A program made the position numbers and the translations under genes. From Entomortierella parvispora E1425 (lineage: Eukaryota; Fungi; Mortierellomycota): DNA of 64,000 bases. Positions within the stretch are counted from its first letter, which is position 1, and every line of letters begins with the position of its first letter. Of this stretch, positions 12,212 through 22,156 are shown one piece after another. The stretch is taken from positions 2,852,001 through 2,916,000 of the forward strand of contig BQFW01000001.1 of assembly GCA_020891255.1 (NCBI GenBank), given 5' to 3'. The notes beneath the pieces are model-generated. The model worked only from the letters and a program-made list of their open reading frames with translations. It was not told where the DNA came from and did not search any database.

Positions 12212-12329
12212 GTTGGGTGAATTGTCGAGGGAGAGTTGATCGAAGAGGGATACGAGGGGGTCCAGGGTGTGAGTGTGTCGGAGGGTCAGTGGGTCAGTGA
12301 GGTCAGTGGATCGAAAACCTTTGCTACCA

Positions 12330-12440
12330 TGCAATAGGAGTATCGAGGGTGGAGTGGAGACAAGAAGTGAGTTTTATTATATTGCAAGTTTCTAGCTTTT
12401 GTAGGTACACATCGCGTGATGTCACCGTATTCCTGTTACA
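12330..12440 (-). repeat. B2 5' LTR (111 bp)
   Basis: Exact reverse complement of the B1 LTR, followed on the minus strand by the TGGTAGCA PBS. Confidence 0.97.
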
Positions 12441-13510
12441 CCATGGACTTCATCGGCCCTCTTCCGCCCACAGCTAGAAATTTTGACGCCATCACAGTGT
12501 TTGTCGACAAGCTGACCAAGCAAGCTCACTTCGTCCCCAGTACTACCTCTGCCACAGCCGTCGACGTCGCCCACCAGTTTTTTGACAACATCTTTAAGCT
12601 GCATGGCACACCAACATCCATCATCTCGGACCGCGACACTCGATTCACTAGTAGATTCTGGCAAGAGTTGCACAGGCTAATGGATGTCAAACTTGCACTG
12701 TCAACCGCCTACCACCCACAGACGGATGGGCAGACAGAGGTTATGAACAAGACGCTGAAGACTATGTTGAGAGCGTTTATTGACAACAAGCAGTCTAACT
12801 GGGACCAGCTCCTTCCGTCACTGGAATTCGCCTATAACAACGCTGTCAATGCATCCACGGGATACTCGCCGTTCTTCCTCAACTCTGGCCAGCACCCTCG
12901 TCTCCCCACCGCTCTCCTCGGTAAACCCAGCAGCTCAGTCCCCACTGTCGATACCTTCCTGACTGAGCAGGCGACCACCCTTGCCCTGGCCCAGGATGCT
13001 CTGCAGCGTGCTCAGGATCATCAGGAGCAACAGGCAAACAAGCGACGACGGGATCACAAGTACAAGGTTGGCGATAAGGTCCTGCTGCGTGCCACCAATA
13101 TCACCATCCCTGCCGACAGTATCAGACCAGCCGATAAACTTCGACCTCAATTCCTTGGCCCGTTCACACTTTTGGAGCAACACTCACCTGTCACCTTCCG
13201 CGTCGAGCTGCCACCATTCTACAAAATCCATGACGTCTTCCACGTTGATACCTTTCGACCCTATTTGCCGTCCCCGGAGTCACTCGGCATTCGAGCTCCT
13301 GCCCCCGTGGATCCCACTGTAATTGACGGCGAAGAGGAGTATGAAGTGGACGAAATTTTAAAGTACCGCTTCTACCGCAGACAACACCAGTTCCTAGTGT
13401 CATTCAAAGGCTACGGCAGAGAAGCTGACGAATGGCTCCCAGTAAGCAACTTGGACAACTGCATGGACTTGGTCACAACCTTCAAAGAGCAGCACGGTAT
13501 CATTTTTTAA
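12441..13510 (+). pseudogene. pol: B1 integrase core, GPF motif and chromodomain (separated from its 5' part by B2)
   Basis: MDFIGPLP, SDRD, AYHPQTDGQTE, FLGPF, EEEYEVDEIL...FLVSFKGY...EW. Confidence 0.95.
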
Positions 13511-13520
13511 AAGGGGAAGG
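13509..13520 (+). promoter_or_regulatory. B1 polypurine tract
   Basis: AAAAGGGGAAGG abutting the 3' LTR and overlapping the pol stop codon. Confidence 0.9.
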
Positions 13521-13631
13521 TGTAACAGGAATACGGTGACATCACGCGATGTGTACCTACAAAAGCTAGAAACTTGCAATATAATAAAACTCACTTCTTG
13601 TCTCCACTCCACCCTCGATACTCCTATTGCA
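13521..13631 (+). repeat. B1 3' LTR (111 bp)
   Basis: Identical to 3492-3602. Confidence 0.97.
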
Positions 13632-14645
13632 GGTGTTATCGGACACATGTTGAGCAAGTATGTGGGTACACACATCCACAGCTGGGATCAGTACCTGCAC
13701 CAGAGTCTGTTCGCTTGTCGCGTACACATCTCTCAGCGAACCAAGGTCAGCCCATTTCAACTTGTTTATGGACTTGAACCCCGTTTGCCGCAAGATCCAG
13801 TACGCCCATTCTTGTTTGATTTTCAAGATCAAGACGATTTTGCAGAACATCGTCGCAAGACTTTTCGAGAAATCGACGCCCTCCGAGAAAAGCACCTGCA
13901 GGCCCAGCAGACCGCCGCAGATGATATGGCCGCACACCATGAAGAGACACACACGGTCACCGATCATAAGTTCGCAGTTGGTGATTTTGTCCTGGTCAAG
14001 AACTTCGGCCGTACGAAGCTTCAACCCCATTTTTATGGCCCGCTGGAAGTGATCCGTATTACGCCCTTGTCGACTTATCAGCTCCGCTGGGGAGATGGTG
14101 AGTTGAAGACGGCCTTAGTACACCAAGACCGTCTTAAGCGTGCTTATCCGCCAGATGAAGCATCTGCACGCCGTGCTTGGGTCACTAAGACAAAGCACAC
14201 CATGGAGCAAGCCAACGACAACTCTGACGATGGTCTTCCAATTGAAAGCCGCACTGAGGAGGAACAGCGCGTGGAGGAGGCCCTCGCTCTTAGAACCGCC
14301 AATGAAGATTACCTTGCCCGTCGCGATCAACTTGGCACTTACGAACCGCCTATGATGGGTTCCGCCGCTGAAGCTGCCCGCGTGTACAGACAGGCACTTG
14401 CTGCTTCTGCCCCGAAGCCTCGTCGCCGTGGCCAACGTACTCGCGAACCCAGAGTCAATCAGTTGCAGGCAGGCCGAGGACGGCCTGAAGCCTGTGGGGG
14501 GAGTGTCGTGAATCAGACTGCTTTTATCCCCGCCAGCTCCGCGTCTGATCACATGACTTACGATCACCTGACCGCCGACACGCCTGATGAATGGACCCTT
14601 GTTGCGCGCCCTCATTGCACTTGTGCCGCGCGTCATCGTCGTTGA
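13632..14645 (+). pseudogene. Element A integrase C-terminal part (no chromodomain), running into the 3' LTR
   Basis: Resumes VIGHMLSKYV after TSD; SPFQLVYG, VGDFVLV, FYGPLEV and VHQDRLK motifs. Confidence 0.9.
14491..14503 (+). promoter_or_regulatory. Polypurine tract of element A
   Basis: cctgtggggggag immediately before TGTCGTGA. Confidence 0.7.
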
Positions 14646-15111
14646 CTATCACCAGGTCGACTACCCTCAACCGTGTATACTCACGAACGGAGCATTTCAT
14701 GTTTCTCCGACATTAACCTACCAACCGTTGCCAATCAAAAGCTTGTCTCCACGCCGGTCGACCAAGCTCTTTGAAACCTCGGACGTTAGGGCCCCTATTC
14801 CAGAATAGTCATAAGCCCTTCACTATTTATTTCCATAGTGTCAGCAGTATAGTCTCACTTCACTACCTTCAGTATATAAGTAGCTCTGTATCGAGACTTA
14901 GAACGGCATCCTTTCTTTGCCCTTCCATCTCGATTACAGGTAACCCTCTTGAGAACCCTATCAGTAGTAACACACAGAATATCTTATTAAACATATCCTT
15001 TCTTTGCCCTTCCATCTCGATTACAGTCAAGGTAGCTGACTGTGGTGCCCAGTGTAGAAGAACACGCTCGACACACCCTAAGGATCAGTCGTGATACCGA
15101 GAGTCACGACA
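14504..15111 (+). repeat. 3' LTR of element A (608 bp)
   Basis: Terminal inverted repeats TGTCGTGA...TCACGACA; follows the PPT; TATATAAG at 14873-14880. The partner LTR is outside the window, so the boundary rests on the TIR. Confidence 0.8.
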
Positions 15112-15164
15112 ACGACCTGGTTTCGGCGGTCGGGGAAATACAAGAGATATCACGTGACTCGGTG

Positions 15165-15884
15165 TCTTTGGCGATTTCGCAAAAACACTGGTATCGCTGC
15201 ATTCCACGACTTGCCAACAATAAGACCTCCTGAAGTGGGACAGACTGCCTCTCCACTGCCGTCGGCACGGTCGATCGTCACTGCCTACCAAGGACTGTTA
15301 CACTCGGCGCTGATCACAGCCTGGACACCGATTATTAAAGGACCCCGCTCGGTTGTGGTCGCAGTTGCTCACCAGTTTATCCGCCGCCTGGACAGAGACG
15401 CCCTTGCACGTATCTGGAAGACACGGTGCGAAGTCACCATTGCCTGGGAGAAGTCACAAGGCATCCGCCCCAAGATGAAAAAACAAGCAGCCCCGTCGGG
15501 GCAGCCGTGGAACAATGCCTCTGGTGCGATCCTTGCGCCAGGCACCTGCCAATGCGGCAAGGCTTACACTGACCACCACAAAGGCCTCTGCCCAGGTGTC
15601 CAAGACGATCCTACGCTGGCTGACCAGCGACTACTGGCTTGTGTGCGTGGCCAGGTTCACTTATCGACATTAGAAAAGATGGGGAAGATCCATTTTTTGT
15701 AACAATTTACTCTTCTTTATAACACGGCGACGAGTCGTGGCATTTGTTGCGCGGGGATCCGGGGTCATTTGTCGTCTGGACCACGCGGCTTTGCTCAGGT
15801 TGTAGATAGTTTGGTCTCGCACTTCACTTCTTTGGCTCGACATAGCAAATAAAATGTTGCAAAAAAAAAAAAAAAAAAAAAAAA
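15165..15884 (+). mobile_element. 5'-truncated non-LTR retrotransposon (LINE, L1/Tx1-like) copy L-a; 5' boundary approximate
   Basis: ORF2-type C-terminus (IWKTRC...AWEKSQGI; C-x-C-x6-H-x4-C), stop at 15702, ~158-nt 3' UTR, AATAAA, A24 tail; homologous copies at 27.7-28.5 kb. Clade assignment is inferred. Confidence 0.85.
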
Positions 15885-16236
15885 GCAAAAAAAAAGGGCG
15901 AAAAAAACGGCGTGTACAGCCGTGGCGAATACACAGGTAAGTGCAGCAAAAAGAGGTCGTGAAGAATAAAAGGAAAGATGCTGCGGTTAACTTCTCTTTA
16001 TGACATATTCTGGATCAGAAGTGTGCGAGGAAACTGAAAAAAAAAATTGCCGATGAAGAAACCTTTGAAGACGGGGATGCGGCAGAATGGATATGGGTAT
16101 GTGAATAGCACCGTCATAAAGTACTCCCGCCCAGAGCCAGATATTGAGAAGCACAACCTATCCTCTCTAGAAAAGAGAAGAAAAAGGTCAGGAATGCAAC
16201 GTCCACCGTCATACAAAGACAAACAGGTCTATTGGT

Positions 16237-18487
16237 TTATTTGAAAAGGGTGCGTTTGGCTAAACCGGCCCAGAGCTGAAATGGCTCACTGAAGAAGATC
16301 GCGTAGGCTGTTACGACCGCAGCCATGGCGAGCAACAACAAGACTACGCTCTGAACATTGTTTTCCAATGCCTGTCTTGTCCTTGCCACCTCCTGGACCA
16401 GCTCCTTCTTTTGCCGCGCAACCACAGCCTCTGGACTTTCTTTTTCTTCTTTTCTTCTACCATCAGTTAAGGAGAGAGGATCCTCTTCATGATGGAACCA
16501 TTCCGGGACAAGAATCTCCATGAAACTTGGCAAAATCTCAATCAGCAGTCGAGCTGTGGGCATCACTTCTCCATCCACATCAAACACGCCAGGAGCCTGA
16601 TGAATATCCAGTCGTTTGGCCTCCTGCCCCGTAACTGAGTCTGGGTCTTTGATTTCATGAGAATTTGGATCCTCAGGATCGCCTTCGACGCCCGGAACGA
16701 TCAAGATTCCTCCACATTCTGTATCCTGCATCAATCCCCGGTGAATCAGCTTGCCATTGGTCTGATCCACCATAAACGGCAATATAATCTTCCAGAATCG
16801 GGTTTCACAGGAATACCACAATCGCATGATGCCGTCGTTGAACCGAATTGTGTTGGTGAAGAAGATCTTCTCGCCAGCATGCGAACAGTTGAGCAGGAGA
16901 AGCATGGTATAGTAGGGCATGCTGGGCAAGAGACGCCATGGTTTCGGAGGCTCCTGCACCGAAGGTTGAAGAAGATCGCCATAACTTATAACTGGAGCGT
17001 GACCGTGTTCAGAAGATGAAGAGCTGATCTCGCGCTTGTGCTTTGGAGGCAGGACATAGACCTTGCCAGGGTAGCGTCGAAGGCGGATAGCTCGAATAAC
17101 TCCTGCAATGTCGAATCGAAGAGGTCCCAACCAGCGATATCTACGAGAAAGAAATCGACCTTCCAATCAGCAAACAAGATTTGAGTACCAGATATCGCAA
17201 TTAATAAAGGAACATACTTGTCTGACTCAATGTCAGCATCGGCCATCATCCCCCAGCTGAACAAAAGCATCGAGTAAATACGTGGGCGATCCAGCTGAGA
17301 AAGTGAAAAAATATCCAGTTTAGCCGTCGTTCCACGGATAGCTGCCAGGGTCGCCACATATGGACTCTTTGTGCCTGTTGGATATCAATTGGAGTAGAAC
17401 GAAATGCCAGTTGTTAGAGCGCGCACCGCCTCTACCTCACAGTAGCTCATGACTTCTCGCAACTTACCAACTGAGGTTGCAAAGGCATTTCCTGATCCTG
17501 CAGGAATGATGCCGACTGGCAGTCGACGAGCACGTTCCCAATCCGGCCGGGTCAAAAGGCCATTCACAACTTCGTGTAGGACACCGTCTCCAGAAACAAC
17601 TATCAGTGCATCAACTTGGTCCAAATCGACTTTGTGCGCAATATCGACAGCGTGCTTGCCATACTCAGTGTCTGTTCAACGATACAAAACACAGAAAAGT
17701 GTCAATATTAAAGAATGGAAAACGATGTTGTAAAATGAAAAAAAAAAAGTGAAGCCACAAGTACCGTACATTGCTCCTTGAAAGTCAGTCCTGAAAGTCT
17801 CATCATTGGCTTTATAACTGTGTCGCTGGTCTTTTTGGCGAGGCCAACGCCTCCATTGGGGTTGACGATAAGAAGGAGTCGTCGTGGCTTTGGAAGGACT
17901 ATCCAAGTGATAAGAACAAGGTCAGCATCACTGCATCCATTCAAAGCTTCAAGCAGATTCATTTATCGTAGCTCAGGGTCTGGGTGATCAGACAATTCTT
18001 ACCTTGCAACTCGCGTGCCAGAGTCAGGAACCGTTTGACGTCCTTTCGGTCCTGGAACAGAAAGCAGACTTCGGATTTTTGGGGAGACGCTACCGATTTG
18101 AGGTCCTGTGTCGTAAACTCTATGAAATGAAGAGTAACCAGACGGTCGTTCAGAGTGTTTTTGACAAGATCCTCCAGGTCGTGTTGACTCGCATTTAACC
18201 TCTCCAGGTCTGGAGCCTCATAGCCATAGACGCAGCTATAAGGCACTGAAGAAAGTCGGTTGATTAAGAAAAAAGCAGAGTCGAATTAGAAAAGTATCAC
18301 AGAGTCATCCTCCCACATATCAAGAGTCTTCATTGCACTCACGTCTGGACGTAATGTCAGTTCCACGAATGGTCCATGTCAATTCATTAGCTTTTAGGTG
18401 AAGAAACGCTGGGTAAGATTTTGCATGCTGGGTGAACGATGCACTGCATTCGAATTCAGCAAGAGTCTTTGCGTCCTTCAATTGCAT
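16237..18487 (-). CDS. Sphingosine / long-chain base kinase (DAGK catalytic family), multi-exon
   Basis: LLLIVNPNGGVG, VSGDGVLHEVVNGLL, GIIPAGSGNAFA, WGMMADADIESDKY, RWLGPLRFD. Confidence 0.9.
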
Positions 18488-18871
18488 GGTTGTTACGAAA
18501 GACGGGATGGGGAAGTGGTGAAGTGAGATTAGGAGGTGAGGATCAAGGTGGAATGAATTGGGGTAAAAGCGAAGACAAGGAAAGAAAGGAAAGTGAAGAA
18601 AGTGAGGAAAGAAAGGAGGGAAAGAAAAGGACAGACGCCTCTCAAATCGAATCGACATCTGGCGCGCCCATGTGCACGCACCAGCAGCGCAACACCGTTG
18701 CGGAGATGTAACCTTGACCTTGGCTGAATTGAGCGCGCAGCCTCCGTTTCTGTGTACCATGGTGCTTTTTAGTCCTGTTGTGTCCGGAACCTCGCTCTTT
18801 CCAATTACCGATGAATCTGCCGAGAATGTTGTCTGGCGTACATCCTTTTATATGCAAACATGCAGTCTGTT

Positions 18872-21140
18872 CTATGGCGACGTGGTGGGCTTGAACCCCT
18901 TCATAAACTTTTCTACAATCTGATGTGCAGCCGCGCCCGACATCATTTCGTTTTGGAGCACCTTGGATTCCAGATCCTTGGCAAGCTCTCGCACCTGGGC
19001 GTCTTCGTTCAGTCTATTGGGATCACAGAGGGTATTAGACAAACGTATCTGCAATGACGAGTTTTTTATCACGCGATCAACTCACAGGTCCATAAGTTCT
19101 GATGACACTTGACGCCACATCCAGATCTTGCGTTGGTGGCCCCGCTTCCGTTGCAGCTCCCCAGACGACTAATGTTCAAAGTGGCAAAAAAAAAAAAAAA
19201 AAAAAAGAGCAGGCAGTCGGTTCGGATTAGTCAACTGTTGTTGACGGCAGATTGAACCGATTGTTTGAGTCTGCACTCTGGTGGCCTCGCTTACCTCCAT
19301 GATGTCGAAATACTCCTTCATCGTGGACCAGGCTTCCTTGATGCCACCTTCGGGTCCCCCCATGGATGACACGCGGATAACTCTTGCCTTCCAATAGCTG
19401 GTTATCGCCTTGACAAACTTAAGTGCACTGGTATATTCGATCTGTGCATACCGTGCCGAGTCCACTAGTGCTCCATCTGACTTGTTCACGATGACAAGGT
19501 CTGAAAGTTCCATGATCCCCTTTTTCATTCCCTATGTAGTAGCAGGAGCATGGTGGTTGGTCAATTGTTGGACCAGCATTGATGACGGCAACGTTCGATC
19601 CCCTACCTGTAGTTCATCTCCACCTGCTGGCGGAACAAGGAGTACAAACCTACAAAAGATGAGGACGTTGTTAATGACGGGTGCACTGGGCAAGTCTTCT
19701 ATGTACCCATTTGTAGAGCTTACATGTCCACAATATCCGCCACCATGGTCTCTGACTGACCCACGCCAACAGTCTCTACGAGGCAAATATCATAGCCAGC
19801 AGCTATTCATTAAAAAAATAGTCAGCAATTCTGACCAAATAACCAAATAGATGGAGTTGCCCATGTTTGTCTGGATTTGTACCTTCGCAAAGAGTAATGG
19901 CTTCTGTTGTATTTCTAGCAACCTAAGAAGAAAATACCGCTCACGGGTCAGTCCTAGTATTCATGAGCTGCAGGTACAGCATGCTGTGATAAAGCCAAAT
20001 CCGCCCCTTGAACCTACTCCACCTAGAAAGAGGCAATGGAGTTAGAATAAATGTCAGTTGTGCCTCCACTCTCCATGAATAGGCAGTCAAAGGCCCTTAC
20101 CAAGAGTTCCTCTGCTTGGCGAGGGTCGCACGTAAGCCATATGGTCGCGAGAAAGCTCTGTCATCCTTGTCTTATCTCCAAGAATTGATCCTCCTGTCCG
20201 TGCTGACGAAGGATCCACGGCCTGACAATCAAAATGAAGTTTTTTTTTTTTTTTTTTTTTTTTTTCATAGAACATTAGCAAAAAGTTGGTTTGGATATTT
20301 CAGCGCGAAGACGGATGGACACGTCGTTTGGTCACGGAAAGCATACCAGGACTGAGACACGATGCCCTTGGGATACCAAGTACATGCCAAAGGATTCAAT
20401 AAACGTCGATTTGCCGACTCCTGGAGGACCAGAGAGGCCAATCCTGAAGCTTTTGCCGAGTCTTAGGCGCTGCTCAGGTTCCGTTGTGTTTTTGGCCGAT
20501 CCTGATCCAGATCCAGACGCTGATCCAGTGGCTGTTCCTGACACGGTCTTTGTCGCTTCAGTGGATGGGGTTACACTAGCGAGCGACGTGCTCTGCTGTG
20601 AAGCCAGCTCGGATTCGCGCTTCAAGATCTTTGAGAGGAGAATCTGGGCCTGAACGCGATGTTTCGGATTGGAAGATTCGACTATGGGGAGAATGAGATT
20701 GAGAGTTAATTTAATGTCAAGGCCAAGATTAATTGCCAATGGCAACAATGTCTGCCTCGTGTGGAGTAAGAGATGATTCTGATCAGGGTCGCCATTGTGG
20801 CACCTGATTGCATTTCCACAAATGAGCTTCTCATTGATGGGGTACGGGTGGACGGAGTTGACCGTGGGAGTAAATGAGGGGCGAATGAATCCGTACCGAG
20901 TGTGATGGCTCGGGCGAGCGCATAACGATCGCCTTGGACGAGGCCCCGGAGTAGGCCTTCGACCGAGTCGTCGCGTGTCCGCTCGAGAGAATCCGAAGGA
21001 TGGGCTTCGGATGTCAGGGTTCGAACGACACTGTGGCGATGGATTAGCACGGGCCGAGTTGAATGCGAAAAGAGGGCCAATGGCCGCGGAAGGCGCGTGG
21101 TCCGCAGAGCATGAGGGCGGATTGGCGGAGGGAAGGGCAT
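18872..21140 (-). CDS. MMAA: Methylmalonic aciduria type A GTPase (MeaB/MMAA), mitochondrial, multi-exon
   Basis: [82 protein letters not shown]; Arg-rich N-terminal presequence. Confidence 0.93.
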
Positions 21141-21463
21141 GGCGTAAAGGACAGAGAAGGCAAAAAGGATGCGACAGAGGAAGAGAGGAGAGGAGAGGAG
21201 AAGAAGAGGGGAGGGAGGGAGGGAGGGAGGGAGGAGGAACTACCAAGAGCAACGGAAGCTAGAAGAGCAGAGAGGACGAACAAGTCAAGCAAGAAGGAGC
21301 AAGAAGGGTTGAAACAGGCACACGATGATTATTGGATTCAGTTGATTCAGTTGAATGAAGAAAAAGGGTGTGCAATTGAAGAACGAAAAGGACAAAAGGA
21401 CACTTAGCGCCCATCGGCCCATCTGTGCTCTCTTCTCTCTGTTCTCTCTTCTCTGTCCGTCTG

Positions 21464-21464
<1 letters not shown>

Positions 21465-21518
<54 letters not shown>
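21465..21518. repeat. (CT)27 microsatellite
   Basis: Direct reading. Confidence 0.95.
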
Positions 21519-21523
<5 letters not shown>

Positions 21524-21857
21524 TCCTCCCTTTCTTTGTCCGCTGCCTTCTTTCTTTTCTTCCCTCCTCTCTTCCTCTCTTTCCTCCACCCCTTCTTCTC
21601 CATCCATCTCTTTTCCATTCACTCACTCACTCACTCACATGCAGCAGCCTCTTCCTAGCGACCGCTCCGCTGCCTTTGTCGACGACCTGGTGCGTGCGGC
21701 CAACGGCGCCGCGTTGCGCCTGGAGGACCCGCCTCGTCCACCTACATCCAATCCTGACACGTCCATCACCACCCATTCCTCGTCGTCAAATGCCATCCAT
21801 GTGAGTTGACTGGCTGGCTACTGTTTGTGTGTGCGAGTGAATGCATGAAAGGAGCGA

Positions 21858-21863
<6 letters not shown>

Positions 21864-21897
<34 letters not shown>
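21864..21897. repeat. (GT)17 microsatellite
   Basis: Direct reading. Confidence 0.95.
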
Positions 21898-21898
<1 letters not shown>

Positions 21899-22156
21899 TA
21901 TCTATGCACTTTTACTCGCCTCGCTCCCATTCTCTCGTCTCTTTGTTCCTGTTGGTCATTGTCAAAAAAGACATGTAACAGGTTCCAATTGCAGTCGCGT
22001 TTCTAACAACAGACGTCCCTGCGGCCCCGTTGCCTCCTTCTTGTAGAACAAACCGCTTCCGCGACAAGCGCTGATACCCTCGGCCTTGGCCGTCGACAGC
22101 ACAGCCACGGCCACCACTGCAGATTCCAGAACCACAATCACAACCTCAACCACAAC

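Larger units (their letters stand above)
7373..12440 (-). mobile_element. Full-length chromovirus B2 (5068 bp), inverted inside B1 integrase
   Basis: LTRs at 12330-12440 and 7373-7483; TSD CCATG at 7368-7372 and 12441-12445; PBS 12299-12329; PPT 7484-7495. Confidence 0.97.
3492..13631 (+). mobile_element. Chromodomain Gypsy (chromovirus) B1, interrupted by B2
   Basis: Identical 111-bp LTRs at 3492-3602 and 13521-13631; TSD GGTGT at 3487-3491 and 13632-13636; PBS, gag, pol, chromodomain, PPT. Confidence 0.97.
1..15111 (+). mobile_element. Ty3/Gypsy LTR retrotransposon A (5' LTR outside window; disabled; interrupted by element B1 at 3492-13631)
   Basis: Gag-like region, two CCHC knuckles, aspartic protease (DNGA), RT (YLDD), RNase H, integrase remnants with GPY/F-type motif, PPT and 3' LTR, in Gypsy domain order. 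Confidence 0.95.

Noticed and set aside
3492-13631. Inverted duplication as an assembly (fold-back chimera) artefact
   Set aside because: Both insertions have clean 5-bp TSDs, complete LTR-PBS-PPT structure and copy-specific substitutions. Long-read confirmation is still desirable.
15703-15860. Self-cleaving ribozyme (HDV or hammerhead) in the LINE 3' UTR
   Set aside because: GC-rich stems are present but I could not identify the catalytic core motifs by eye
15179-15893. TSD for LINE copy L-a (GCAAAAA on both sides)
   Set aside because: Too short and low-complexity next to a poly(A) tail to be trusted
21044-21804. Many overlapping ORFs with ER/SL repeats
   Set aside because: Translation of the (CT)n microsatellite and pyrimidine-rich promoter DNA
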